A stretch of 64,000 nt of DNA from Epiperipatus broadwayi (GCA_028023455.1 JAQFVV010000007.1:2294001-2358000), one strand, 5' to 3'. Shown: positions 28,601-41,862, counted from the stretch's first letter. Numbers and translations are program-made. Notes: generated by a model from the sequence alone, not told the origin.

Positions 28601-28674
28601 TTGGTTCACTGATTATTGCAAAGATATCAATGATAAAATTTGAGTCTCGCCTCATCAAAGCAATACCAAAATAA
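25628..28674 (+). pseudogene. LINE ORF2 (APE-RT-zinc finger), fragmented
   Basis: MHLKIAGINVRGL, SSGVAFLINK, GDFN, SDHLAI (APE); ISYMDDVTIF (RT); CQLCQRDEETIHHIFLDCP (C-terminal CCHC). Many stops and frameshifts; the RT N-terminal half appears shortened. Confidence 0.88.
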
Positions 28675-30249
28675 GCTCAGTTATATATGAGAACTCTACC
28701 AAACTATCTAATGACTACCAATTAGTGGATTGATCACACCATCTACCTCAACAATAAAGTTAACATATTTAATCATGATCTAAATGGCTTGACTTATGGA
28801 CAGATCTCAGGATTCACCTTTCATTTAGCTTTTGACATTTCTTGGTATTCATGTAATCATCATTGTATAAAGTTGTATCAATTGTTTAAATAAATCATTA
28901 TTTTTTAAAAAAAATTACAGAAATGGAGAGGATTATAATTTTTAGTAAAGTAGGTAACATTTGATTTTTTAAATGTATTTGAAATTATTTAAATATCATT
29001 TATACTATGCATTTAATTTCTCACTTGCAAGTGGAATATGTTCAATATACCATGACATTAAAATTTCATAGCCATTTTTTAAAATTAATTTATCACATGA
29101 AAAATATATTTATAGTAAGACCCTAAAAGTTGATCAAATACAGCTGTATAATTGATTGTTATATTTTTTGCTATACTGATGTTGACAACTCATGCAGGAG
29201 TATAGCTACATATTACATTATATTCTTTTACTCTACTAATGCTACAAAAGCCATGGGTTCAGTTAGTTATAAATATAAATTGGAAGAACAACACTGTGGA
29301 GATAGAATTTATGTCAGATAGAGTAACAAAATTTATTATTCATCCAAATGCAAATAAATCAGATTTATGCTCTAGAAAATTTTAATTTTGATTTTAAAAA
29401 ATTAGAAGATATTTATATATAGAAAGCTCTGTATCACAGAAAACAATTTTTAAAAATTATTATGGAAGATTTTAATACTAGAATTAAAAATACATTGAAA
29501 TATAATATATATGCTAAGTAAAATTGTGTATGAAGATAGAAATGAAAAGGGAAATAGACTTAAATGTGAAATCTGAATATTATAAATTTATTTTTTTGAG
29601 AAAAAACTAAAACAAAAAAGGATATCGAAACATCTAAATAAAGACACAACAGAGTTTGATTATATTTTGATTAATAAAAAATATGCACTTCAAGACTGTA
29701 ATGTAATTAATAAAATCGACAGAAAATCATGGATTAATATTATATAATGCAAAGCTAGCAAGACAAAACTATTAGAAATTATAGTAATAAGATTTAATAT
29801 TCTAATATTCACAAATAATTCAGTGAATTTAATACAAAATGTATAAATAGTTTTTAAATTTTTTAACATAACATTTAATAAAAAGATAGCTAACACTCTT
29901 TTAATAAGACTTATACAGATAAAGCATATTAAAAAAAAACAATAATTATGTAGTAAATTTTCTTTTTAAATAAGAAAATATCGTACATAAAAATATTTTT
30001 AAATGACCTATTAATTAAACATGAAAATCTGGAATACTGTAAAACAATAGGAAAAAAGAATTAACAATGGTACAGAAAAGTGTAATTGTGAATTGACAAG
30101 AAAATCTATAGAAAAAAAATTTCAAACGTACATCATATTTTTGCATGGAGAGGGAAATTGTTTCAGCAATAAGGAAAAAAATGGCATAGTTATTAAAAAC
30201 AAAGATCATATAATGAAATGTGTAAAAGATTTCTATAATAAAAAACAAA

Positions 30250-31600
30250 AATAAAGTATTTTGACATGTAATTAAATCTAAGAAAAACTCCAGAAAACTT
30301 TTGGAATTATGGAGATATTTTTAAAAAGCAGACCAATAAATTAAAAATTGTTGATAATTCTAAACACCAGATGTCTAAATGAATAAAGAGGACTAATAAT
30401 TGATAGTTTTCTAGCAACATAAAAAAATGATTGGAAAAATACAATTAATAAAAGTAAAAGAAAATACTAAAAGTTGCAGCTTTAATCACTTTTATGGGAG
30501 TTCTGTTTTTACTGAGATCACTACACCTTATCTACAAAGAACTTTGGATTCAGTCCAATACAAAGAAGGAGAATTAGATAACATTCAAATATTGCAAAAA
30601 AATTATTGAAAGAATCAACAAATATGAGCTTTTAGCTTGGATTAGATATGTAGATTACAGATATTGATTTCCATATCAATATTTTGAATTCAGTAAAATT
30701 TCAGAATATCATGACCTTAGATATCATCAACTCTAAAGAATATTTATAAAAGTGTATAGTAATTAAATTACATTAAGAAGACTAATTTAATAAGGATAGA
30801 TCACAAGGTAATTCCATATTTCTAAAAATTTTCATACCAGATAGACAGTATTTTTTAAATTAGAATGAAAAACAAAGGGAATAAAAATCGAGATTATAAA
30901 ATATTTATTAAACATAGTAACATAGTAATATACAGTTACACTTTATAAAAATTTACATAGCATTCCGAATGAAACTTGAAAAAGTCAATGTAGAGAAAAG
31001 TGTATCTTAATAAGATTAAGAGGAAAATAAAACTTTCACCCAAGTATCATCATGAAGACTTGATCAAGAAGCTTAATAAAGACACTTAGAGCCAAGTCCT
31101 GAGAATGACCAAAGATGAGTCTGCAACGTGTCAACCATAAAGAAAATGTTATAAATCGAGATTATGTACGTCATTTAGATTTTACAAATGATGTGATTGC
31201 TTTTCCAAATAATGCTTCAGAACATCAGGAAATAGTTAAAGTCATCAAATGAAAGAAAAAAACAGAACCAAAGATTAATGCTTTTAAAAAGACTAAATCA
31301 AATTTAAACAAACACAAATATTTTGAATAGAACGCTTTTATTAGAAATAATTACTAATACTTTTACCTTTAACTGAATGTCGATACAGATATTTTAAAAG
31401 CACATAGGGAAATATGAAAATATTTACATTGGAATAAGAAAAGAAAATTAAAAAACTAAAAGACTGAAATTAAGCTGGAATGGCCATATTGTTAGACAAT
31501 AGATAGGTAACTGAAGTTGTAAAAAACACATGACAGATGAATGGAAAAAACTGAAACAAAAATGCATACAGTAGAAAATAATTATTAACATTGTAAATGT
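30250..31600 (+). pseudogene. RTE-clade LINE RT remnant
   Basis: Fragments VFTEITTPYLQRTLDSVQ, INRDYVRHLDFTNDVIAF (cf. hLdFADD), KIN..KTK and WNGHIVR occur in the RTE ORF order. Confidence 0.6.
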
Positions 31601-31879
31601 GCAGCAATAGTGGGACATCATCTATTACACACACACATATATATATATGATAATCATGAATAGTAAACTAATTCATTGAAAATATACTAGGTTTCATAAA
31701 ATAATAATTAAATTATATACCTTAACAACAAATCAACTACTATGTCAAATAATATGACAATACATGTGATGGGATATGACTACCCCTTTATTGACATCAG
31801 GAATCTTTCAGCCAGAAAACCTCAATCTGTTAGACACAAATTTTTCTTTCCATTCTCCAACCTAAGTTTTTTCTATATT

Positions 31880-34800
31880 CTTCTCTATCCTGCTCCATCC
31901 TATTTCAACAACATCATCTTTGTCCATTCCATGGCCTTTATATCTACATCTCTCTTATCTTTTTCCAAACCTAACATAAAGGCCAAGAACTCACATACTG
32001 TATAATCACTTAGTTTATATTTATTCTACCTCAACTTTATTATTTGTACTCTTTCTGCTTGTAAACAGTTACATTCAATTAGCATATGCATAATATTTTC
32101 CATGCCTTCCTTTACATAACTTGCAGACTAAATCACCCACATTTCTCCATTTAGGTTCTGTTGAGCCTTAAACAGTGGAGTACTTTCCTTGCTATTATCA
32201 TAAATTAACTCACACTCAGTATTCTGTTTACTTATATACATATTTACACTCTTTTTATTCTCCTACTAGTTCTCCATCTCCCCAGCTCTCTATTTTTTTA
32301 TTAATGCATCTATTCTTCTATCCCATTTTTTGTCACTATAACACTCAAAAATCCTCTTAATACAATCATCACACCTTTTGTACAAGTTTATTGGGTCATG
32401 GTTTGCAGACTGTACTGTCGCCGCTAGAGGCGCTATTTCTGTGTTTTCACACAGAACATACAGGGTAGGGGCCTCAAAAGCAGACCGACAGTACAGTCTG
32501 CAAACCACGACCGTTTATTGACATAAAGTTTTTATCCAATCTTCTGCATTCCATAATACCTTTCTCAGTTGTCTTGTTGCCTGCCCTTTACTCATAACTC
32601 AAATAATATTTTGGCTATTCTCTTACTATCAATAAATAGCAATCTATTGAACATTTTTATTTTGCTTTTTGCATCTCTCATATAAAAACTTGACCATTTA
32701 ATTTCTCCTTGAATTTCCTACTTTGCTATCCATACATCTGCATCTAATGCTTATCACCTTACTTTTCTTTGTACTTTTTCTAAGTAATCTAACACATAAT
32801 GCACCATTACCATAAGTTAACCCTGCTACTGCCACTTCCACACAATTCATGCTACATCATATTTATTATATAAAAACACTGTTACTTTCTTTATCAATCC
32901 CTTTCTTTTCTTTGCATCATTTGTCAATTTTTTCTCCCATTCATCCAAGCAATTCCTCTGATTACTCAAGATGATTCCTAAATAGTTATATCTATTCACC
33001 ACATTTAACTTTATATCCCCCAAGAAAAATTTTCTCTTCTTTTCCAGCATTTATCATCATTACTTTTGATTTTTCTTCACTAAATTTGATTCCCATCTCT
33101 TTACCCACCATTGTGCAAGTCTTCAGCACAATTTCCATATTTTCTCTATTTTCAGTGCATAAGAAAATATCAGCAAATAAAGACCTTATAATGTATACAG
33201 TCTCTTGCCATCTATAAATAGTATTTCTAACCCCCTTCCCAGTCTTTCTATTTCCCTCTCCATTTTTCTCAAATATAACAAAAAACCAATAGGTGACATA
33301 AGGTATCCTTGCCTTAGTCCCACCCCATTTTTAACTCTGATTTTATATTTCCTAATTGATATGTAGAGTAATTATTTTCATAAATCTCTTAATAAGATCT
33401 ACTAAAGCTCCATTCATTTCCAAATTTACTAAACTTACACACAATCTATTTCTATTTACTTTATCATATGCTTCTCTATATCTATAAATATCATATATTA
33501 CTGCTTACCTGTATTCTTACTCATATCTATAAGTTGTGTGCCTAACCATTTTAAAAACCTCCTTGCATTTCTCCTACTATATTATTTTCTTTCATTCATT
33601 TTTCCACACTTCCAGTCATCATACATGCAAAAAACTTTATATAACATTGACATTACCACTACTGGTCAGTCCTTATCCTTTCCTTTAAATAATAGCCTCA
33701 CTTTTGTATTATTCTAGCTATCTGGAAATTCTGTCTTCTGTCATCTTATTAAAACATGATAATAGATTTAATTTTGCCCTATTTCCCAAATTCATTATCA
33801 TCTCTGCTGTCTATCCATCTAAACCTCTTGACTTTTGACTTTTCAACTTCTTCCCTGTCTCATTCAATTCATTTTCTGTAAAACTAATATTTCCATTGAT
33901 ATGTGCTTTTATATTTGTTATTACTCCGTCCTTCATGTCTAACATCTTTTCTATATCCATTACATACTTATTTAAGATTGTCTTTACTTCTTTTCTAGAG
34001 CTACAACCTCTTTCCACCATTTATAATATTATTTCTCTCCCTCCTGCATTTTTTCTTTTAATATATTTCAAAAATTTTTACTCCCATCTCTTCCATTTTT
34101 ATTAATAGCCTCCAATAATTTACTATTTAATTTTATTCTCTATATATAATTATATATTTTAACCAACTTTTTATTTAACTAGTTTTCCTACTTAATATTA
34201 ATGTCTTTTTGACTTTCTTTGTTTTTAATAGAACATTTATAATCTCTGCATGCTTTATTCCTCTCTTTTACATTTTCACTAATATACTCATTTTTTTAAC
34301 TTTTTATTTTTCTGTATTTTCTCACCTAAAACCCTATTTGCCATTTTTTCTACTTTACCAAACCAGTTCTTATATTCATCCCCAACAAACTCTTCCGTGA
34401 TTTCTTCTATTTTTATTTTATATTCTTCTAACTTATTCTTATCATTCACTCTCCATCCATATTTTTCACTATTTTTTTTTACTTTTATTATTATTTTTCA
34501 TATAATTACTAATCATTTCTATTATAAAAAAATTATGATCACTATTATATACTCTCTTCATTATCAAACACTTTAATTTTTCATACTTTATTCATTCCCC
34601 CTCTATCTACTAATACATAATCTATTGTGTGAAATATATTATTTCTATACCATATGTATTATCCCTCATAAATATTTGATATATTTTCAATGCTGAAACT
34701 CATTCTCTGACAAAACTTTTTAGAAGCTGTGTCCATTCTTGTTAGCCAAGTCATTAATTTCTTCAATATGTCCATTCATATTCCTTATAATTATTATTTT

Positions 34801-35180
34801 CTTCTTCCTTTTTTTGAAACTCTGTATATCCTTAAAAAGTCACTTATATATGCTACTGTTTCACTCCATTATAGTTTGACAATCTCCAGTAGCCATATAC
34901 ACTACAGCCACCATCCACTTTTGTCTTCCTAACCTTATCTCAAACCACAAATGTTCTTGACACTTTATAGTATTTAAATATTTTTATGGCATAACTCCTA
35001 TTCCACTACTCCTTTTTTCTATTTATACCCTACAATACCAAATTTTCCAGCATAGGTTCTTATTTTAGATGTGTTTCCATTACTGCTAATATTTCAAACC
35101 CTTCATTTTTAACTGCTTCATTTAATTTCAACCATTGTTCTGGTCTTCTACCATCTATCCAATTTTAATAATTTTTTCCT
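31880..35180 (-). pseudogene. ORF2 remnant (APE + RT + C-terminal zinc knuckle)
   Basis: ILAVMETHL, VVYMATG, DMNGH, TIDYVLVD, SDHN (APE); FIDIEKAYDKV, GLRQGYLMSP, LLFADI, YNYLG (RT); EIQGEIKWSSF, YDNS, VCKLC...HMLIEC. Confidence 0.85.
32394..32512. mobile_element. 119-bp MITE, Merlin-like, nested in the LINE
   Basis: 27-bp TIRs GGTCRTGGTTTGCAGACTGTACTGTCG (one mismatch) and a perfect 8-bp TSD GTTTATTG (32386-32393, 32513-32520). GG termini with an 8-bp TSD fit the Merlin/IS1016 superfamily. Confidence 0.9.
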
Positions 35181-35419
35181 TTCTTACTATCCTTTGATAA
35201 TTTTTTTTTACTTTTTCTTCTCTATTATATTTATAATTAGTTTGTTTATCATTAGTTTTACAGACCCATTCTCTCCACATCTGTATTTATATCTGGATCT
35301 TCTACCTTTTGTTTACTTCTTACATCCTATTCATTTTAATCTTTTTTTATAATACTGTAATTTAAACCCTATCCCCTACCTTTATAAGTTTCCTGAACTA
35401 TAATATATTTTTCCTAAAT

Positions 35420-35860
35420 CAAACCCCTAATGCTTCACTTCCTTGCTTTTCTAAATGCAATCCAACTTTACTGTATAACACCCTATTACTAATAAAAAAA
35501 ATCCCAACATCACATTATTTCTGACATAATTTTTTCAATCTCTCATTTATAGAATATGCCCTATTTAACATATACCTATTGTCAAATTTTGGTAGTAATC
35601 CTACCACTCCTACTCTTCCTTTAACTTTATTCAAACTGCTAATCAATTCTTTGTAACGCATCCATTACTTTTTTTAATGGCTCTGATAGTTTTTGTTTCT
35701 ACCATAATATAAACATCTTTTCTCTCTTATTTATTTACTTTATCTGTAACATCCCTAATTCTAACTCCAGGCAAACATATTCTTACATATCTATTTCTAT
35801 TTCCCTTGCAATACATTTCCACATTCTCCAATTAGTAAGTCCCCTATCAAGACTGCCTCA
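35420..35860 (-). pseudogene. SGNH/GDSL esterase domain of LINE ORF1
   Basis: AVLIGDL (GDS block), VCLPGVRIRDV, VVGLLPK, INERLKKLC, LYSKVGLHL..QGSEALG (DGLHL block). Confidence 0.75.
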
Positions 35861-36204
35861 TAGCTTACTTTCCCTAATTCATCTGTAACATTCTATTATA
35901 ATTTTCTGAACTTCTTATCTATTTCTTTCTTATTGTGTCTATTCATTAATTTTTTGATCTGCTCATACTTCATATCTAATGCTTTTAGTTTTACTTATAA
36001 TCCTTTACCTCTTCATCTATCTTAATTATTCTTTGCCTAACTATTGCCACCACACTACTTATTTTGTCATCTATATCTCTTATCACTGTACTAAATATAT
36101 TTCATTCTATCATCCTTTTCTACATTTTTATTCATTTCTCCTGACTTTCTCTTTAAATGATCTATGCTTAAAAACCATTTTTTCACCTCTTTTATCACAT
36201 TGGT

Positions 36205-36355
36205 ACATGATGTACACAACTACACACCTTCTATATTCTTTCTAATATTATTTAAGCACTTCAGATGAAAAATCTTATCACATACTGTACATATTACCAA
36301 AGCATGACTAGTTTTGTTTTGACCATCATACATACATTGTGGGATGCAAATGCAA
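36205..36355 (-). pseudogene. PHD finger of LINE ORF1
   Basis: CICIPQCMYDGQNKTSHALVICTVCDKIFHLKCLNNIRKNIEGV*LCTSC shows the C4HC3 pattern, with TAG where the conserved Trp (TGG) is expected. Confidence 0.8.
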
Positions 36356-37179
36356 TGTATATTTCCTTACTTTTCCAATTCCCATACTCTATATTTAAAT
36401 TTATGATTTGTCTACTACCTGCCAAATCTCTTTATAAAAAAAAATATTTTTTTTTATTATGGAGACCGAGAAACATGTGTTCTCTAAACTCACACCTCAA
36501 TGTTATCTTCTTTCTCAAATAAATCACCCTCTCACTTAAATGGAAAAAAAAAAATTTAATAGCAACCTCCTAAAATCCAACTAATCTTATGTATGCCTTA
36601 GTTTTAAGCCCTTATTATAGTAAACAAAAAAATATTTTTTTCTTTATATTTAAAATGTCAGCATATCAGATCACTCTCCAACATTAGAAATATTTTTCTC
36701 AATTTTTTCAAACCCAATTAAATCTATCTCTCTGTGCTTCAACTCTCTTTTCTTATCCACTTTCTAAACAAATATTTCCTAGCAATAAAATTTTTTATAC
36801 GTTATTAAAAATATATAAAACTTTTAACTTATTTTGCTGAGCAAAAATCAGCCATATCAACACAGCAAGGCAGTCTTCACTCTAGTGCCATATATTGTAT
36901 GAGTAATCAATGGTTACCAGACATAAAATATCCCTTTATTTAGTATTTAAATCCACATTCTCAGAGTAATTTCTGGCTTTTGCATTTATTAATGAGGTCT
37001 GGAATTCAAAGTTAATAGGAATACAGGTAAGGATCCAGAAAATATCTATAGCTCCATTTTACTTGCTAGGCTAAAAATTTCAAATTCATTTCAGCCTAAG
37101 ATTTTGACTCCAAGTTAAACTGCTTTAATAGCTACAGCTTTAAAAGCATTTCAGTAATTATATATTTTAATTCCTACAG

Positions 37180-37630
37180 ATTTTCATTAGTTATAGATAC
37201 CATATTCCCTTGTTAAGAATTTTAATAATAACAAACCATAAACTATTAGCTTTAAACAATATGATAATACAAGAAAAGTGCTTGACTCCACAGCTGTCTA
37301 ACTTAAGCTTGAATAATTAGAGAGTATGTCTAAAAGCTCTAATTTTAGTATTTCAATTCCTGTTCTTAGACAAGTTCTTGGCTTTTGCTTTTATGAAAAA
37401 GCTCTGTAATTCAAAGTTAGAAGGAATGATGATGCCATTATAATGAAGTTATGCTCTTGTATTATCACATTAATTTTCAAACCTGTAGTTGGATAATTTG
37501 TTATTAACAAAATATATAGTTATTGAACTGGTTTCTCATCTATATAGCTGTTCAAGCAGGCTGGCTTGGGTTGAAAATCTCAACTTCATTTGAATTTCAA
37601 GTTTTTAGATGACAGTTAAAATAGATTTTA
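37180..37630 (+). repeat. ~450-bp direct repeat, copy 1
   Basis: Collinear with 40995-41495 (shared TTCTTAGACAAGTTCTTGGCTTTTG, AATGAAGTTATGCTCTTGTATT, TGTTCAAGCAGGCTGGCTT); about 80% identity by eye. Confidence 0.85.
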
Positions 37631-38149
37631 ATTATGACAATTTGATAGCAGCTCAAATTAGTTATATTACAAAGCTGCATGATAAAAAAAATGTTTAATA
37701 AAAAACTTTTTGCTACAATTGAATAATAAATATAAGAACTGTTCAAAAAATTGAAAGAATAATTAGTTATATTTAGTTTGTAATATGTGAAAAACCTAAT
37801 GATAAATTACAAACAAACAAGAAGTTTGAATTGTGTAATTTATATAAATCTGAAGCATTTTATACTTTTTGTATTTGATTTTTTTGAGTTTTAAATAAAA
37901 TTTCCCACATTTTTATAGTAAATTTCATGGGAATCTAAAAATGATACTAAATTTTGGAATTAGTAATATTTTAAAAGTTGTCATTTAAAGTTAAATGTTG
38001 GCATTTTTTTTTTTTATATTTCTTCCTATTGTTGACTAATGTAAATTGAGAGAGAAAAGAAAAAAAAACCTATTTTTTAATGTATTTGTTATCAAATTAT
38101 TATATAATATCTGTAATGTTGTTTTCAAAATGTGAAGGGAATAAAAAAG

Positions 38150-38810
38150 TTGTTTTCCAAAAAACATGTTATTTGTGAATAAACAGGTCAGATCTTCACT
38201 AACCTGTGACATATATCATTGTTTGAAAAACCCAACATCAAATAGATAAAAATAAGTCTGAAACAAACAACTAGGTAATCCATTCCAAGCAGTCCAGTCT
38301 ATTTTAATTTATTTAAAGACTCATCTCAAGAAGCAGTGTTTCAGTGATCCATTGCTGAAAGGAGAACCTGCTAGTTAAAACTCTTTTCCACTGAATAGCT
38401 GTCTTAATGACTATTTCCTAGTCTTATCAATATTTTCCTTATAACAGCAAGTATGATGATTTTATCTAGCAGAGAACTATCTACCATGTGTAGCTAGACA
38501 ATGAAAAATCATACCAGTCAAAATATCCAGAAAATGCAGTCAGATCCAGTAACTAACATTGAAGTTTGCCAAAAATCAGCCAGTACCTGCTTTAATAATG
38601 CCATGATGAAATAAATAAATAGTGTCATAAGGACTATCTAAAATCTACACTGATACTATACCATACATAACATCATCAATGCTTCCATCTTTACTCTCTA
38701 ACATCACCAGTGTCCAAGGAGAAGAATTACCATCTTTGGAGGAATTAATGAAGAAATATGGAAATCTATTAAAAGCATAATATCTTCAGACAATCATGGT
38801 TTGGAACTAT
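38150..38810 (+). pseudogene. Possible LINE ORF2 (APE/linker) remnant
   Basis: Weak motifs only (SD-like, INEEIWKSIKSI.S), in a plausible order. Confidence 0.25.
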
Positions 38811-39707
38811 TTAAATATTTCACATATTAAGATCTTATCTTTATAGCTATTATAAGATTTTAAACTGAAATTAAAAATATGTTTTATTACTATTATGTCC
38901 CCCCACCCCCAAATAATCAAGGTTTTAAATTAATTTTTCCTCCAAAAGACACTATAGTGTTTATTTTCAAGGAATGTCTTACTTTTTCGTGTACAAAAAT
39001 CTACATTTATTCAAGTATCTTTTCTCTTTACAATTCCCTTTTTGTATTTGCCTGAATAGATCTTTTTTTTTTCATTCATTTTACCTGGATATCAAAATGT
39101 TATTCTGTTTAAATTTACCATTAAATTAAGTGTTAATTGAAGACTTAATTGTAACATGAGTCAGGAGTAACAAGCATAAAAATTCAAAAAATGTTAATTT
39201 CAAATGTGCACATTAAGTATGTACATTAAACATTGTGTATTAAATTATGAAAATTCATATATAACACAACCACATCCATCAATTATCAAGTGTGCTCATT
39301 GTAAAACAGTTTCCAAATTACTCATAATAATAGTTCTGTTTGGATATTTTTTTTAAAAAACTTTTTTTTAGGAAAAAGATTTACCATTTAACTTAATCTA
39401 AACTATTTACTAAAATCACTTCCATTATTTAAAATATTTTAGGAAAAAATGATTGAAAAAGCAAACTGATTTTTCTTTTATCTTAAATATTTAAAAACTA
39501 CCACAGTGAAACTAAAACTAAATCAAGCATTCTAAATATAAGTAATAAATATAAATAAAATAAGTACTTAAAAATATAAAAAATGAAATTATAAATAATC
39601 CGATAAACTGGCTTGCTTATTGTGGTAGATAAAATTTTAAAAATTTGTTAAACCATTTATAAGGTCAATAAACTGATTATTTAATTTGTCTGACAGAAAA
39701 TTGGATC

Positions 39708-40129
39708 CTGATTTAGTTTGCGCTCATAGCCATTTTGAAAATCTAAAAATCACCGCTAACATATCTAACTGATAAATCACATAAATATTGAAAAAAAAGT
39801 ACTTTAAATTCATATTTTAGAAATTGTAAGCTAGTAAAAATAATATGCTTTATTTTATCAAGGATTTGTTTTTTTTTTAATTTACCTTCATAAAATATTT
39901 GAAATATGATGGTGCAAAGCGCCAGAATTTGCAGGGATGGAGAAGGATGATTTGGCCGATGCAAGTATCAGTCAAAAGTTGCAGAAGTCTGATCAAACCA
40001 AGCTTATAATTTCCAAATACTAAAAGATTATACTATATGCTCTTATAAAATAAAGCGTATTATTTTTACTAGCGGTGATTTTGGCTGGTTTTTAGATTTC
40101 AAAATGGCCATGAGCCCAAACTAAATCAG
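39708..40129. mobile_element. ~420-bp MITE-like element with ~50-60-bp imperfect inverted repeats
   Basis: CTGATTTAGTTTGCGCTCATAGCCATTTTGAAAATCTAAAAATCACCGCTA (39708-39758) is inverted at 40070-40129 with a small insertion. No TSD found. Confidence 0.6.
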
Positions 40130-40994
40130 CACTGAAAATTGTTTCTCTATACAAGTAGAATTACATTAATTGAAAACTGTCAATGGTAAAATACATAATG
40201 TATCATACGTATAATTCATATTATCATTTATTTAAAACAGTAATGTTAATAATATTATTTATTTATATATTCATTACTTTATAATTTAATATGTCCATTG
40301 TGTGTTTTAACAGGCAAATAAAGGCCATCTATCTGGCTTATAATGTTAACAAGGGCCTATATTTGGAGTAGGGCTTATATTATCAGTATCCTGAAAATGC
40401 ATACTATGGCTTACTTTTGGTTAGCTCTTATTTTTAGAGAAATACAATATTTTATATTTTGTATATGTATTAATAGTTACAAATATATACACAACAGTTT
40501 TTATTTATGCATTATGTATTAATAAATTACTATGTTATTTTTTTTTTATTAATCCATTTAGTTTGTGTTGCTTATCTACCTCAATCCAAACATTGTGCTT
40601 TTAACATCCAATATGTTAATAACATCCACAACCCTGAGAAATCATGCAATTCACTTAGGAAATATTTAGGAATGGCAGTAATAGGGTGTAAATGATGATG
40701 ATTGGGTGTTAATAAGTTTTTCAATAGTAAACTTTCTAGTTAAAAGGTTTTGACACTTGAGAATTTTTTTTCATTATTATTGAAACTGAATAACAAATTA
40801 AACACTTTTGGGAGGACTTGAAAATACATTATAAATTCTCATCATCATCATTGCTTGGGTAATATTATCATACATATTTGAATTATTTAACTTTCAATAC
40901 AGAAATATTTATTTGAAATCAAGGAATTATAATACATATTTAATATATCATTCTACCATTACACTTATCATCATAATATTTTAATACCTTCAGC

Positions 40995-41495
40995 TCTCCA
41001 TTAGTTATAGGTAACCTATTTTTTCTGATAAGAATTTTGATAACAACAAACCATAAATTATTGTTTTAAGACAATATGATAATACAAAATAAATTCTCAA
41101 CTCTACAGCTGTCTAGCATAAGCTTGAATTATTAGTTAGTATGACTAAAAAAAGCCTTATTCTTAGTATTTAAATTCCTATTCTTAGACAAGTTCTTGGC
41201 TTTTGTCTTTATGAATGTGTGCAATTCAAAGTTGGAAGGAAGGCAAATGCCATTAGAATGAAGTTATGCTCTTGTATTTATATTAATTTTCAAACCTGTA
41301 GTTTGATAATTTATTATTAACATTTCTAGCCAGGATATAAAATGTCTATGGTCTTTGAAGTTTTAACAGAACTGACACATATAGTTATTGGATTGGTTTC
41401 TGATCTATATAATTGTTCAAGCAGGCTGGCTTAGATTCAAAATCTCAAATTCATTTGAATTTCAAGTTTTTAGATTGACAGGTAAAATGGGTTTA
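40995..41495 (+). repeat. ~450-bp direct repeat, copy 2 (with a ~50-bp insertion)
   Basis: Collinear with 37180-37630. Confidence 0.85.
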
Positions 41496-41862
41496 AGCAT
41501 GGCTGCTGGATGCCTATCTGCATGCCTTCTAATTTGGAATTCCAGACCTCACTGATAAAGGCATAAGTCATAAACCAGTCTAAGAATGAGGTTTAAATAC
41601 TAAGGATAGGGGAGTGGAGAATTATTCTTATCTTTTATATTATATAGCATTAACAACAACTTATAAAAAACTAGTATAGTCATTCTAACTCCACAGAGAT
41701 TGAAAAATAAAATTAGCTCAAAGAATAAATTTTACAATGAGTATACAAATCACAGTTTGACCTACATTGTGTTTTGATTGTTTATTTTGTTTATATGACA
41801 TCTAATAGTATTAGCTTGTTTTAAAGTGTATTTAAACTAATATTTGAATAAGTACAAGTACA

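Larger units (their letters stand above)
23193..28915 (+). mobile_element. Full-length, decayed L1/Tx1-type LINE (~5.7 kb)
   Basis: 14-bp TSD TACAGAAAT(A/G)GAGA at 23179-23192 and 28916-28929; AATAAA plus an A8 tract at the 3' end; ORF1 with CCHC knuckle and ORF2 with APE, RT and C-terminal zinc finger. Confidence 0.9.
31740..36800 (-). mobile_element. Decayed LINE with PHD + SGNH-esterase ORF1 and APE-RT-CCHC ORF2 (CR1/L2/RTEX-type architecture)
   Basis: Domains are recognisable in order on the minus strand despite many stops: PHD ~36205-36355, esterase ~35420-35860, APE ~34500-35180, RT ~32900-33700, CxxC..H..C ~32060-32140. Ends are approximate. Confidence 0.85.
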
